A DNA stretch of 64,000 nt from an uncultured Gemmatimonadaceae bacterium (GTDB lineage: Bacteria; Gemmatimonadota; Gemmatimonadetes; Gemmatimonadales; Gemmatimonadaceae). The stretch spans positions 416,001 to 480,000 of the forward strand of contig CAWAGQ010000006.1 of the NCBI GenBank assembly GCA_963781585.1, given 5' to 3'. The notes beneath the pieces were generated by a model. That model saw only the letters and a program-made list of their open reading frames with translations. It was not told where the DNA came from and searched no databases. Below, piece by piece: positions 11,147 to 21,801 of this stretch (position 1 is its first letter; each line of letters opens with the position of its first letter). The translations under genes and the position numbers were made by a program.

Positions 11147-13795
11147 GTGCTGCGGGAGTTCGCCGCCCGCGCGCGGGCATTCCTGGCCCGGCGCCAGCGC
11201 GAAGCGGAGCTGCACCTGGAGCTGCAGGACCACCTGGAGCGGGAGATCGCGCGCAACCTCGACCGCGGTCTTCCGCCTGACGAGGCTCGCCGTGCCGCGC
11301 ACCTCGCCATCGGCAACCTGACGATCCATCACGAGGACGGTCGCGTCGCGACGACGGGCGTCTGGTTCGAGCAACTCTCGCAGGACGTCCGGTACGCCTC
11401 GCGCATGCTCCGCCGGAACCCGGCCTTCGCGCTCGTCGCCATCCTCTCGCTCGGCTTCGGCATCGGCGCCACGACGACGATGTTCAGCACGATCGACGCT
11501 CTCGACTTCCGCCCACTCCCGTTCCACGACCCGGATCGCCTCGTGTGGCTGGCCGAGGTGGCGCCGCCGACCGACGACATCTGCCCGGGATGCGGATCGC
11601 GAACGTCGCCGCCGACGGCGATCGACTGGCTCGCTCAGGCCCGATCGTACGCCGCTGTCGGAGTCATGTCGGAGTCGGCCGCTCCGTGGGTCCACGACGA
11701 CGCGATCGAGCTGCTCTCCGTGAACCAGGTCACGCCGGGGTTCTTCCGGCTCCTCGGGGTCGCGCTCGAGGTCGGTCGCGACTTCCTGCCTGGCGACACG
11801 CTGCCCGGCGCTCCCCCGGTCGTCGTCGCGACGCACGGCTTCTGGCGACAACGGCTCGCCGGCGAGGTGGCGGCCGTCGGGCGTCCCCTGCCGTCCTCCC
11901 TCGATGCGGGAACGGACGCGAGGCTCCGCGGCGCAATCGTCGTCGGCGTGCTGCCGGAAACCTTCCGCTTCGAATTGTCGCGTGATCGCCAGCTCTGGAC
12001 GCCGCTCCGGCTGCCGGCGACGTCGCCACGCACAGCGCGTTCGGTGACGGTGATCGCGCGCCTTCGGCCCGACGCGAGCATCCCCGCGGCCAACGCCGAG
12101 TTGCAGGTGCTGTTCGCGCGACTCGTCTCCACGTATCCATCACCGTACCAGTCGTGGGGCGCGCGCGTCGAGCCGCTGCGGGCGCGACTCGGCTGGGGCG
12201 CCGGCGGCAACCGCGGGCTGCTGCTCGGCATCACCGCGCTGGTGCTGCTCATTGCCGTCATGAATGTCGCGGGCCTGCTGGCGGGGCGCGCGTCGATGCG
12301 ACGACAGGAGTTCGCCATGCGGAGTGCATTCGGCGCGAATCGGCGACGGCTGCTCCGCCAGCTCCTCGTCGAGGGAACGAGCGTCGGGCTTGGCGGCGGA
12401 CTGGTTGGCGCGCTGATCGCGCTGTGGGGCATCCGCTTTTCGGCGCGGTGGTTCGGCATCGACAGCGGCGTCGCGATCATGGACCTTCGAGTCCTGGCGT
12501 TCGCGCTCGTGCTGTCGATCAGCGTCGGGATCGTCACGGCGTTCGGTCCCGCATTCCGCATCTCCCGGGTCGACCTGATCGGCGACCTCCGGGGCAAGGC
12601 TACGGCCTCGACTGACCGCCAAACCGGCATGGCATCGAGCGTGCTGATCATCACGCAGATCGCGGTCGGCCTCGTGCTCCTCACCGCTGCCGCCTCGCTG
12701 AGTGCCGACTTCCTGACGCTGCGATACACCGATCTCGGGTTCGACCCGTCGGGCCTCTATGAGACGTCCCTCTCCGGTCCGCGGCCGGCCGGTGGCGATG
12801 CCACTCCGTGGCGCGACGTGGCGGAGGCCGCGCGTGAGCGCGTCGCGTCCATCCCGGGGGTGCGCGCGGCGACGCTCCGCTACATTTCGGCGATGCACCC
12901 CGAAATCGTGCGCCCTGCCGCTGGCGGCGGCGTCGCGTCGGGGACGCCGGTGCTGACCGCGATCGACCCGGCGTATTTCGAGACCTGGGGGATGCGGCTC
13001 CGGCGCGGTCGCGCGTTCGGCCCCGGCGACGGCGCGGGCGCGGCGCGGGTTGCGATCGTCAACCGATCCGCCGCGGCCCGGTTCTGGCCGGGTCAGGACC
13101 CGCTGGGCCTCGTGGTCTTTGTCGGGGACAGCGGGGCACCAGGTGAATTGCTCACCGTGATCGGCGTGAGCGAGGACGCGGAGCGTCTCGAGATGGCGGA
13201 CCGTCACTGGTCGGTGGTCTACCGGCCGCTCGCGCAGGCGACGCTGTGGCACACCGCCGCGGTGCTCCAGGTCCGCATCGACGGTCGGGCCGATCGCGCG
13301 GCGCTGCTCGCGCTCGCGCAGTCACGCGTCCGGGAGGTCCTGCAGCGGCCCATCGATCCGTTCCGTTCGGTCGAGGCCCAGCTCGACGAGCGCCTGCGGC
13401 CGCGCCGGTTGAACGCCATCGCGCTCGACCTGTTCGCGGCATTCGGGCTCGCGCTCGCGGCGATGGGGATATACGGTGCGATCGCCGCTGCCGTGACACG
13501 GCGGACCCGCGAGATCGGTGTGCGCATTGCGTTAGGCGCAGCGCCCGGCGGAGTGTTGCGCCTTGTCGTCCGGCGCGGGCTCGCGCTGGCGGTGACCGGC
13601 GTGGCACTCGGATTGCTCGGCGCCGCCGCGATGTCGCACGTTCTGCGCTCCCTCGTCATCGGCACCGACGTCCTCGACCCGCGGGTGTTCGCGGCCGCGG
13701 CCGCGGTGATGATCCTGACGGCCGTGTCCGCCGCGTTGCTGCCGGCGCGTCGCGTGCTGCGCGTGGATCCCGTGGATGCGTTGCGCGCGGACTGA
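11147..13795 (+). CDS. Duplicated MacB/FtsX-type ABC permease (ADOP family)
   Basis: QDVRYASRMLRRNPAF, two FtsX halves (RRQEFAMRSAFGA; RTREIGVRIALGA), C-terminal VDPVDALRAD; GTG start just after PadR. Confidence 0.9.
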   Translation: MLREFAARARAFLARRQREAELHLELQDHLEREIARNLDRGLPPDEARRAAHLAIGNLTIHHEDGRVATTGVWFEQLSQDVRYASRMLRRNPAFALVAILSLGFGIGATTTMFSTIDALDFRPLPFHDPDRLVWLAEVAPPTDDICPGCGSRTSPPTAIDWLAQARSYAAVGVMSESAAPWVHDDAIELLSVNQVTPGFFRLLGVALEVGRDFLPGDTLPGAPPVVVATHGFWRQRLAGEVAAVGRPLPSSLDAGTDARLRGAIVVGVLPETFRFELSRDRQLWTPLRLPATSPRTARSVTVIARLRPDASIPAANAELQVLFARLVSTYPSPYQSWGARVEPLRARLGWGAGGNRGLLLGITALVLLIAVMNVAGLLAGRASMRRQEFAMRSAFGANRRRLLRQLLVEGTSVGLGGGLVGALIALWGIRFSARWFGIDSGVAIMDLRVLAFALVLSISVGIVTAFGPAFRISRVDLIGDLRGKATASTDRQTGMASSVLIITQIAVGLVLLTAAASLSADFLTLRYTDLGFDPSGLYETSLSGPRPAGGDATPWRDVAEAARERVASIPGVRAATLRYISAMHPEIVRPAAGGGVASGTPVLTAIDPAYFETWGMRLRRGRAFGPGDGAGAARVAIVNRSAAARFWPGQDPLGLVVFVGDSGAPGELLTVIGVSEDAERLEMADRHWSVVYRPLAQATLWHTAAVLQVRIDGRADRAALLALAQSRVREVLQRPIDPFRSVEAQLDERLRPRRLNAIALDLFAAFGLALAAMGIYGAIAAAVTRRTREIGVRIALGAAPGGVLRLVVRRGLALAVTGVALGLLGAAAMSHVLRSLVIGTDVLDPRVFAAAAAVMILTAVSAALLPARRVLRVDPVDALRAD

Positions 13796-14001
13796 TTGTT
13801 CTTGCGGAGGACGTCAGTGTCCAACCGTTGCGTTGGCGACACGCGGCTTTGACGCGCGAGAAAACGGACGAAATCGTGAACGCTCTGAGTCGAGATTCTC
13901 GCGTGTTCACAAGTCAGCATCCTGCCGTGGGGCCCCTCGCTGTCCGGCGACCGAACCGCGCCGGTCTTGACGATGCGCTCGACTGGACCAGACTTAGTCC
14001 G

Positions 14002-14028
14002 ATGAAAACCTGCAACATCCACGAAGCC
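14002..14028 (+). pseudogene. Remnant of a Phd/YefM-type antitoxin N-terminus
   Basis: MKTCNIHEA resembles the MKxVNIHEAK start of prevent-host-death antitoxins and follows GACT...AGTC dyad elements. Only 9 codons. Confidence 0.4.
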
Positions 14029-14276
14029 ACGAGGTCGGCCTGCGAGAGCGACAGGCAGGGCTGGTCGTTGAACGGCACCTTCGGGACCACCGGCGTTTTG
14101 GGCTTGCTGAGAGCGGCTAGGATCGAATCAGTTACCACGCTGTCCGAATCGACCGCGGCCTGCATGGCGGTGGCCTTCTGTGGGGACTTCGCGGTCGTGC
14201 TGCAACCCGTCGCGAGCCACAGGGCGGTGGCCGTGCTGGCGGTGAGCGCCGTGCGTGCGACTTGTAGGATCCACAT
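14025..14276 (-). pseudogene. Truncated lipoprotein, DUF3558-like
   Basis: GGAGG RBS, lipobox-like LATGC and QPCLSLSQADL motif; then runs head-on into the antitoxin remnant. Confidence 0.45.
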
Positions 14277-14967
14277 GGGGGCCTCCTGGCGCGTGTGGGT
14301 GCGGCCTAACGACGCTCGCCCCGTGGCCTTGCGGTGCCGCCGGGTGGTCCCCGCAGCGGCACACGGGGTCTCCTGAACATACGGTCAGCGTCGGCAGCCG
14401 AAAGGCGAGCAGACGCGCCAACCGCGGAGTGAAGCAGTACCAGACTGGTCCTGTCGGTCTGATTCTGCGCTAACCTCGCGTCCAGGGAGGCGGCGAGCCA
14501 GAAGGCTGGGACGAGACCTCGTCCCGAGCGCGGTCGAGGCGACCGTCAGGAGCCGGCGGCGATCCGGGCGCAGTTCGATGCGCCGATCGAGACCGACGTG
14601 CCGGCATTGGAGGTGAGGCTACGGAAGGACGGGATCGATTCGGTGGTGCGGTAGCCAGTCCCTACTCTGATGAAGGAACCAGCGCGCTGCCGGGTGGGGA
14701 CGCGCGTGGTCGTTGGCGTCGATGTGAGGCGACGCGTCGACGCAATTCGGGCAGCCGAGTTGCCAGCGGAGTCGTACGAATACGCAATCAGGCATTCCGG
14801 GCCAGCGTTCTGAAGTGCGCGGAACTGATGCGAGGTAGTCGAGGCGTCCCACTTCCGTGATACATGTACACGATGGCAGGCATCCTCCTGTGGAGCGACC
14901 GAATGCGTGTGCGTCCGCGATGTTCTACCGCGGCGTGCCCCGCAGTCGAACAGGAATTAGAGCGCTC

Positions 14968-15200
14968 ATGAAGGCCTCCGTCGTCGAGAAAAACGGCACT
15001 GGCAGCCTACGCGCCGCCCAAGCGCCTGATCCCACCCTCGCGCCTCGCGACGCCCTCGTGTGCGTGAAAGCTGCCAGCATCAACCCGCTGGACAGCATGG
15101 TACGCGATGACGAGTTCAGGTTGCTCCTCAGGTACAAGACGCCGTCTGTACTCGGACACGATCTCGTGGGCGTCGTGACGCGCGTTGGTGCCGGAGTGCC
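14968..15200 (+). pseudogene. N-terminal remnant of an NADP-dependent (MDR/zinc-ADH family) oxidoreductase
   Basis: VKAASINPLD...PSVLGHDLVGVVTRVGAGV GroES-like start; nucleotide-binding domain absent. Confidence 0.75.
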
Positions 15201-15502
15201 CGACTCCGTCGCATCGAGGCGCTCCGCAACAGCAGGCCAAGCGCGACCAGGATCGGTGCGAGCGTCGCCAACCCGACGAGACGCGAGAAGACCTTCACGC
15301 CGCGCGTACGGTCGAGGAGCGCCGACGACGGGACGTGCGGGTGGGCTCGGCCCGCTGCCGGCGATGGCTGAAGACGTGACGAAGCTGCCACTGCCGGTGT
15401 CCGGGCCGGCGGCGCGACGTTGTGCGTGGCGCCGATACGGGTGATGTTGCAAGGCGCCCGGAACGCCAGCATAGTCACAGAACCTGATCCTGAGTGGCCG
15501 GC

Positions 15503-16948
15503 ATGGACTCTGCAGTCGTCTTCGAACGGCTCACTCAGCATCGCGCGCTTGGCGGTTCGCCGCCCGAGGAGTTGTCATGGCTCGCCACGCGCGGCGCGCT
15601 GCGCGTGTACCACGCCGGCGACATCACGACACGCAAGCACGAGCCCGAGGAGTCGCTGCAGGTCGTGCTCTCCGGTCAGCTGGCGATCTACACCGACCGT
15701 GGCGCGGGAGCACGGAAGATCATCGCCTGGCGCGGCGGTGATGTGTGCGGGTTGATGCCGTACTCGAGAGGCGGCCGCCCACCGGGCGATACCGTCGCCG
15801 AGGAAACGACGGAAACGCTCGCGATTCCCCGTGACCTCCTGCCGGCGATGATCCGGGAGTGCCCCGGCGTCACCGCGACGCTGGTGCACGCCATGCTCGA
15901 TCGCGCGCGCCATCTAACGTCCAGCGAACTGCAGGACGAGAAACTGCTCTCGCTCGGCAAGCTGGCGGCCGGGCTCGCGCACGAGCTGAACAACCCCGCG
16001 TCGGCGGCCGCACGCAGCGCCAAGCTGCTGGCGCGGGGATTGACGCAGGCGACCGCAGCGGCGAGAGCCGTGGCGGGCGCACAACTCTCGGATGCCCAGC
16101 TCGCGGCAATCGACCTGGGGCATACGATCCCCGGGATGTCGGGATCGCACGCGCCGCAATCGCCGTTGGACCGCGCGGACCGCGAGGAGGCGATCGGCGG
16201 ATGGCTCGACTCCCACGGGTGCGACAACGACATCGCGGCGGTGCTGGCTGAAGCGGGCGTCGACCCGACGGCGCTCGACGCGGTGGCGGCCGTGCTGCAT
16301 GGTGGCGTCCTGCGTGCGGCGGTGCAGTGGATCGCCGCGGAGCACCTCGTCCGCACGCTGGCGCTCGACATCGAGACGTCGACGACGCGCGTGTACGATC
16401 TGGTCGCGGCGGTGAAGGGCTTCACGTACATGGACCACGCGCCGATGCCCGAAGCGGTCGACATCCGTCGCGGGATCGCCGACACACTGACCGTGCTCGG
16501 CGCCAGGGCGCGCGAGAAGTCCGTTTCCATCGAAGTCGACATCGCGACCGACCTCCCGCCCGTGCGCGGCATCGGTGCCGAACTCAATCAGGTGTGGGCG
16601 AACCTGCTCGACAACGCCCTCGATGCCGTGGCGGTGTCGGGGCGCGTGGTGGTGACGGCGAGTCGCACGCCGCAGCGCGTCGTCGTGCAGATCGTCGACG
16701 ACGGACCCGGTGTCCCTCCCGGGATTCAGGGTCGCATCTTTGATCCGTTCTTCACGACGAAGGAGGTGGGCCGCGGTGTCGGACTCGGCCTCGACATCGT
16801 TCGGCGACTGCTCCAGCGAAATGACGGCGAGATCGCGCTCGACTCGAGGCCGGGACGCACGGCGTTTCGCGTGAGCTTGCCGCTCGACACGACGTCGGGC
16901 CACGGTGTGGCGGCGATGGGATCGACACCCGCCGGAGGTGCCGGATGA
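15503..16948 (+). CDS. Sensor histidine kinase with N-terminal cNMP-binding-like domain
   Basis: H-box LAHELNNP, N-box NQVWANLLDNA, G boxes DDGPG, FDPFFTTK and GLGL. Confidence 0.9.
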   Translation: MDSAVVFERLTQHRALGGSPPEELSWLATRGALRVYHAGDITTRKHEPEESLQVVLSGQLAIYTDRGAGARKIIAWRGGDVCGLMPYSRGGRPPGDTVAEETTETLAIPRDLLPAMIRECPGVTATLVHAMLDRARHLTSSELQDEKLLSLGKLAAGLAHELNNPASAAARSAKLLARGLTQATAAARAVAGAQLSDAQLAAIDLGHTIPGMSGSHAPQSPLDRADREEAIGGWLDSHGCDNDIAAVLAEAGVDPTALDAVAAVLHGGVLRAAVQWIAAEHLVRTLALDIETSTTRVYDLVAAVKGFTYMDHAPMPEAVDIRRGIADTLTVLGARAREKSVSIEVDIATDLPPVRGIGAELNQVWANLLDNALDAVAVSGRVVVTASRTPQRVVVQIVDDGPGVPPGIQGRIFDPFFTTKEVGRGVGLGLDIVRRLLQRNDGEIALDSRPGRTAFRVSLPLDTTSGHGVAAMGSTPAGGAG

Positions 16949-17853
16949 TCTTTCGGATCGTCGAGTTTCCATCCGAGGGCACGACGTTGCGCGGACGACT
17001 GTATTCGCGGCCCGCACCCGTACGCGCCCAGCCAGTCGTGGTGATGGCGCATGGAACATCGGCCACGATCACCATGGTCGCCGACCGCTACGCCGAGGTC
17101 CTGCACGACGCCGGCTTCACGGTGCTGCTGTACGACCATCGCAACTTTGGCATCAGTGACGGCGAGCCGCGACAGGAGATCAATCCGTGGATTCAGGCGC
17201 GGGGCTATCGCGATGCGATCAGCTTTGCGGAGACGCTGGCCGGGGTCGATGCGTCGCGGATCGCACTCTGGGGCGACAGCGTGACCGCCGCGACGGTCAC
17301 GGTCATTGCGGCCGTGGACACGCGGGTCAGAGCGATCGTTGCACAGATTCCGTCGTTCGGGCGCGAGCCCGCACCCGAAGACCCCGACGGCTCCCTGTTC
17401 GCCGCGATGCGGGACACACTCCTCCACGGAGACGTCACCGGGTCGCCCGGGACGACGGTCGGTCCGCTCCCCGTGGTGTCATCCGATCAGCTGGGAACGC
17501 CGTCGTTGTTGACGCCGATTTCCGCGTTCCGCTGGTTCGTCGAGTATGGCGGGCGCCACGGCACGAACTGGCTCAACCGGGTCACGCGCGTCAGTCCCGC
17601 GACTCCGGTGGCGTTTCACGCCGGATTGTGCGCGCCGTACGTTCACACGCCAGCCCTCTTCATGATCGCCCCCGAGGACGAGATGCCGGGCGCCAATCCG
17701 GCTGTCTCGCGCCTGGCGTTTGACGCCGCGCGCGGACCGAAGGAGCTGTTCGAGATCGCGGGCGGCCACTTCGGGCTGCTGCACCATCCCGGCGCGCTGT
17801 TCGAACAGGCGTCGAGCGTTCAGCGCGACTTTCTCGTCCGCGTTCTCCGGTGA
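16945..17853 (+). CDS. Alpha/beta fold hydrolase
   Basis: VVMAHG, YDHRNFGISDGEPR, nucleophile elbow WGDSV, C-terminal GGHF; ATGA overlap with the kinase gene. Confidence 0.88.
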   Translation: MIFRIVEFPSEGTTLRGRLYSRPAPVRAQPVVVMAHGTSATITMVADRYAEVLHDAGFTVLLYDHRNFGISDGEPRQEINPWIQARGYRDAISFAETLAGVDASRIALWGDSVTAATVTVIAAVDTRVRAIVAQIPSFGREPAPEDPDGSLFAAMRDTLLHGDVTGSPGTTVGPLPVVSSDQLGTPSLLTPISAFRWFVEYGGRHGTNWLNRVTRVSPATPVAFHAGLCAPYVHTPALFMIAPEDEMPGANPAVSRLAFDAARGPKELFEIAGGHFGLLHHPGALFEQASSVQRDFLVRVLR

Positions 17854-17910
17854 ACTGCCGCGATCGGCGCGCGATCGGGACGACCGCACCTCAGCAGGGC
17901 GCGGCCCGCC

Positions 17911-18036
17911 GCCGGCACGTTTCGACCCGGTAACCGACTGTACTTCCTCAGCAACGCGTTGCGCCACTTCCCGGTCGGCCTGGAAGAAGTCGACGGCGGT
18001 CTCTTGTCCATCTTCGTCTGTCACGTGCTGCTTGCC
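17911..18036 (+). mobile_element. IS481-family transposase C-terminal remnant
   Basis: AGTFRPGNRLYFLSNALRHFPVGLEEVDGGLLSIFVCHVLLA resembles the VGLEEVDDG.WSIYF tail of IS481-type transposases. Confidence 0.65.
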
Positions 18037-18143
18037 CCCCCGGAGCGCGGCCGCGGCCACCTGGCAACCGTCCAGCCCCTCCGGGTGTCTGACAGACATC
18101 CGAAGATCTCAATAAGTGAGTGGTCGACACGTCCGGAGGCCGT

Positions 18144-18476
18144 ATGGGCACGGGATCCACCGACATCATTCGGGGCACCGCCGACATGCTGATCCTCCGG
18201 CTGCTCGCCATCCAGCCGATGCACGGCTATGGCATCGCGAAGTACGTCGAGCAACGGTCGAAGGAGGCGATCCGCATCCAGCCTGGCGCGCTGTACGCGT
18301 CGTTGAACCGACTCACCCGGCAAGGATGGATCCGGTCGTCGTGGAAGACCACGGACAACGGTCAGCGCGCCCGCTACTACACGCTGACGGCCGCCGGGTC
18401 GCGGCGCCTGGCCGAGGAGACCGCCAGCTGGCACCGGCTCGCGCGTGGCGTCGCCCTGATCCTCTCCGCCGATTAG
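18144..18476 (+). CDS. PadR-family transcriptional regulator
   Basis: IIRGTADMLIL, PMHGYGIA, GALYASLNRL and RARYYTLT motifs; GGAGG RBS. Confidence 0.92.
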   Translation: MGTGSTDIIRGTADMLILRLLAIQPMHGYGIAKYVEQRSKEAIRIQPGALYASLNRLTRQGWIRSSWKTTDNGQRARYYTLTAAGSRRLAEETASWHRLARGVALILSAD

Positions 18477-18486
18477 AGGAGGATTC

Positions 18487-21123
18487 ATGTGGCGATTCCT
18501 GGGCGACCTCGCCTTCCGGGCCCGCGCGATCTTCCGTCGCGCCGAAGCCGACCGGGAGCTGCGGGACGAGTTCGCACATCACCGCGCCATGCTGGTCGCC
18601 GAGCTGCGTGCGGCGGGCGCGGCGGCCGCGGACGCCGAGCGCGAGGCGGCACGGCGCATGGGAGGTGAGGCCGGCCAGCGCGAAACGGCGAGGGACGGGT
18701 GGGGCGTGTCGCCCGTGACCGAGTTCGTCGCCGACGTGCATTACGCACTCCGGCAGATGCGCCGGCAGCCGAGGTTCACCGCGATCGTGGTCCTGACCGT
18801 CGGACTCGGCATCGGCGCCACCGTCGCTCTCTCGAGCGTCGCCGACGCGGTCATCCTGCGCGCACTCCCGTACGCGAACGAGGATCGCATCCACGTCTTC
18901 TGGTCGGACTACAACTGGCGGGGCGACGAGTACGAGTTCCTGCGCGACCGGAAGGGCGTTTTCTCGGACCTCGCGGCCTTCTCGACCAACGACGATCCGT
19001 ACGTGGTGGACCCGCGGGCCTCGACTGGTGCCCGTCTTCTCCCGTTCGTCGTCACCACGCCGACGCTCTTCGACGTCCTCGGCGTGCGGCCGGAACTCGG
19101 GCCGGCAATGACTCCGGACGACGACCGCCCGCACGCGCCCCCGGTGATCGTCATCAGCCACGCGATGTGGCAGGACGATCTGGGTGGCGACCCGAACGTT
19201 ATCGGCCGGCCGATCTTCATCAGCGGGACGCCGGTCACGATCGTCGGCGTCATGCCGAAGGGGTTCTATTTTCCGACGCCAGAGTACCGGGCGTGGCGGC
19301 CCCTTCAGATCGACCCGGCGGGCCCGATGTACAGCGTGGGGTATCTGGTGCTGGTCGGCCGCACGCCCGCCGGGACGCCGCAGGTCCGGGTGGACGCCGA
19401 CGTCCGGCGCATGGCGCACGATCTCGGCCGGCGCTTCACGTACACGAAGTCATGGGACAAGACGCAGGACGCGCGCGTCACGACCGTGCATACGTACCTC
19501 CTCGGCGACGTCCGCAATCCCATCCTCCTCCTCCTGGCGGCCGTCGCGTTGCTCCTCGCGATCGCGTCGGCGAATGCCGCCGCGCTCGTCCTGGCGCGAA
19601 CCAGCGACCGGAGCCAGGAGATGGCGGTGCGAACGGCGATGGGCGCGGGCAGCTGGCGCCTCGTCAGGCAGGTCGGCGCCGAATCGCTCGTGCTCTCGCT
19701 CGCGGCGGCATGCATCGGCGCCGGCGTGGCCGAGGCCGGGTTCCGCTTGCTCGTGGCGCGGCTGCCGCTCGGGAACGGCGCAGGCGCGACGGTCACGCCG
19801 GGCCTCGCGGTGCCGGCAATCGCGTTCGCGCTGGCACTCGTGATCGCGTGCGCGATCTCGATCGCCCCGGCGCGTGGGCTGCTCAAGCGACGATTCGACC
19901 TCGCGCTTTCCCGCGAGCGGAGCGAAACCGGGCTGCGCCGCGGTGTGCGGCACGTCCATACCGCGATCATCGCGGGCCAGGTCACGCTCGCCATCATGCT
20001 TGCCGTGGGCGCCACGTTGCTCATCCGCTCGGTCGATCGCATCCGCGCGCTCGATCCAGGGTTCAACGCGCACGGCGTCGCCACGTTCACGCTCGTGACG
20101 CGCAGCGACGTCCCGAGCGAGGCAACGACGCAGTTCCTGCGCGAGGTCATCTCCCGCACCGCCGCCCTGCCCGGCGTCACCGCGGTGGGCATGACCAACC
20201 GGCTCCCGGTGCGCGACGGAGGATACCAGAGCGTCGTGACGGTCGAGGGGCGTCCCGATCTCGAGGGGGCGAACCGGCCGAACGCACTCTATCGAATCGT
20301 CTCGACAGGGTTTTTCCGCGCGATGGGAATGCGGATCGTCGAAGGCCGCGGGGTCGACTCGACCGACCTCGCGAACACGGTACCGGTCACGGTCGTGAGC
20401 GAGTCGTTTGCGCGTGCCATGTGGCCCGGGCAGAGCGCCATCGGGAGGCATGTTACGACGGGCTGGACCGGCACCATGGTGTCACGCGAGGTCGTGGGCG
20501 TGGCCCGCGAAACACGGATGACGAGCATGACCGGGGAGATCCCATTCGTGATGTTCGTACCGTTCGCGCAGTCCAACGGGCGACCCGGGAGTGTGCTGGT
20601 GGTGCGCGCGACGGGACCGGTTACCACGGTCATTCCCGCGGTGCGAATGGTCGTCGCCGAGCTCGATCCACTCGTCGCGGTCACGAACGTCGGGTCCATG
20701 GAGGACGTCGTGTCGACCGCCCTCGCCCAGCCGCTCCGGCTGCGGTTCTTCCTGGGCGTGTTCGCCGCGCTCGCGATTCTCCTCTCGGCCGTCGGCGTGT
20801 ACGGAACCGTGCGCTACGCGGTGGCGCGACGCCGCGCCGAGTTCGGGATCCAGATGGCGCTCGGCGCGTCGCCAGCGCGCGTGCTCTCGGGCGTGGTGCG
20901 GCAGGCGCTCACGCCGGTCGTGCTCGGCGCGCTCGCCGGCCTTGGCGGCACACTGCTCCTGTCGCGCGCGCTGCGCGCGTTCGTGTACGGCGTGGCGCCG
21001 ACCGATGCGACGAGCCTCGTCGTTGCGACGGGATCGCTGCTGGGGACCGCGATCGTGGCGGCACTGGTGCCGGCGCTCCAGGCGAGTCGTACAAGTCCCG
21101 CCGAGTCGCTGCGCGCGCAGTAG
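18487..21123 (+). CDS. Duplicated MacB/FtsX-type ABC permease (ADOP family)
   Basis: DVHYALRQMRRQPRFT, EMAVRTAMGA, EFGIQMALGA and PAESLRAQ; GAGGAGG RBS. Confidence 0.92.
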   Translation: MWRFLGDLAFRARAIFRRAEADRELRDEFAHHRAMLVAELRAAGAAAADAEREAARRMGGEAGQRETARDGWGVSPVTEFVADVHYALRQMRRQPRFTAIVVLTVGLGIGATVALSSVADAVILRALPYANEDRIHVFWSDYNWRGDEYEFLRDRKGVFSDLAAFSTNDDPYVVDPRASTGARLLPFVVTTPTLFDVLGVRPELGPAMTPDDDRPHAPPVIVISHAMWQDDLGGDPNVIGRPIFISGTPVTIVGVMPKGFYFPTPEYRAWRPLQIDPAGPMYSVGYLVLVGRTPAGTPQVRVDADVRRMAHDLGRRFTYTKSWDKTQDARVTTVHTYLLGDVRNPILLLLAAVALLLAIASANAAALVLARTSDRSQEMAVRTAMGAGSWRLVRQVGAESLVLSLAAACIGAGVAEAGFRLLVARLPLGNGAGATVTPGLAVPAIAFALALVIACAISIAPARGLLKRRFDLALSRERSETGLRRGVRHVHTAIIAGQVTLAIMLAVGATLLIRSVDRIRALDPGFNAHGVATFTLVTRSDVPSEATTQFLREVISRTAALPGVTAVGMTNRLPVRDGGYQSVVTVEGRPDLEGANRPNALYRIVSTGFFRAMGMRIVEGRGVDSTDLANTVPVTVVSESFARAMWPGQSAIGRHVTTGWTGTMVSREVVGVARETRMTSMTGEIPFVMFVPFAQSNGRPGSVLVVRATGPVTTVIPAVRMVVAELDPLVAVTNVGSMEDVVSTALAQPLRLRFFLGVFAALAILLSAVGVYGTVRYAVARRRAEFGIQMALGASPARVLSGVVRQALTPVVLGALAGLGGTLLLSRALRAFVYGVAPTDATSLVVATGSLLGTAIVAALVPALQASRTSPAESLRAQ

Positions 21124-21210
21124 GGCGCGCCCGCGCAAGAGGGCGCTCGGCCGCCGCTTCGGCCGGCCGACTGCGTTGTGGCCCGCCGACCGGCGGCCGC
21201 ATCGAGAATG

Positions 21211-21801
21211 TTACTGGATGGCTTGCCGGATGGTGAGCGGGACGAGTTGAATCTGTCGCGTAAGCGCGTACGCGGTCGGAAGGTCGCTGTCGCTGTATAC
21301 GAGGATGCGGCCGATGACGAACACCGAATTGCGCGTCGATGCAATCTGCTTCATCCCACTCGGCACCTGTCCTTTCCAACCCGGTCCCGTGATGAGATAT
21401 TCGCCCGCTTGCGTACCTGTGGTGCGTTTGCCGACGTAAGCGAAAACAGTGTTGTTCGGAGCGGTGAACTGCACGCTGTAATAGCGACCCGCCATCTCGG
21501 GCACATGCAGGACTTGCGGTCCATAGCTCAGGTCCAACACGCCGGCCGTAAGAAGCGTGTCGTGGTTCACGCCAGTGGTTGCCAATTTCGTGGCAGAGGC
21601 TGGCGGGTGGAGAGGATCCGCAAAAATCGCTTCCGGTTCGGTAGCGAGCGTATTGATCGGGATTGGACCTTCGAACCCTTTGGTGAGAACAGCCTTCTTG
21701 TATATGTTGAGCACAAGGCGCGGCAAGAAATAAATGATGAAGAACCATGCCGTGATCGCGACAGAACAGAATATGAGCAGATTTTCGTATCGCAATTTCA
21801 T
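21211..21801 (-). CDS. Membrane-anchored DUF1254-domain protein
   Basis: NHDTL...LDLSYGPQVLHVPEMAGRYYSVQF...YVGKRTTG...YLITGPGWKG; N-terminal TM; ATGA overlap with the upstream gene. Confidence 0.8.
   Translation of the reverse strand: MKLRYENLLIFCSVAITAWFFIIYFLPRLVLNIYKKAVLTKGFEGPIPINTLATEPEAIFADPLHPPASATKLATTGVNHDTLLTAGVLDLSYGPQVLHVPEMAGRYYSVQFTAPNNTVFAYVGKRTTGTQAGEYLITGPGWKGQVPSGMKQIASTRNSVFVIGRILVYSDSDLPTAYALTRQIQLVPLTIRQAIQ

Noticed and set aside
21147..21170. GC hairpin between convergent genes as an intrinsic terminator
   Set aside because: No U-tract on either strand, and such hairpins are common at this GC content.
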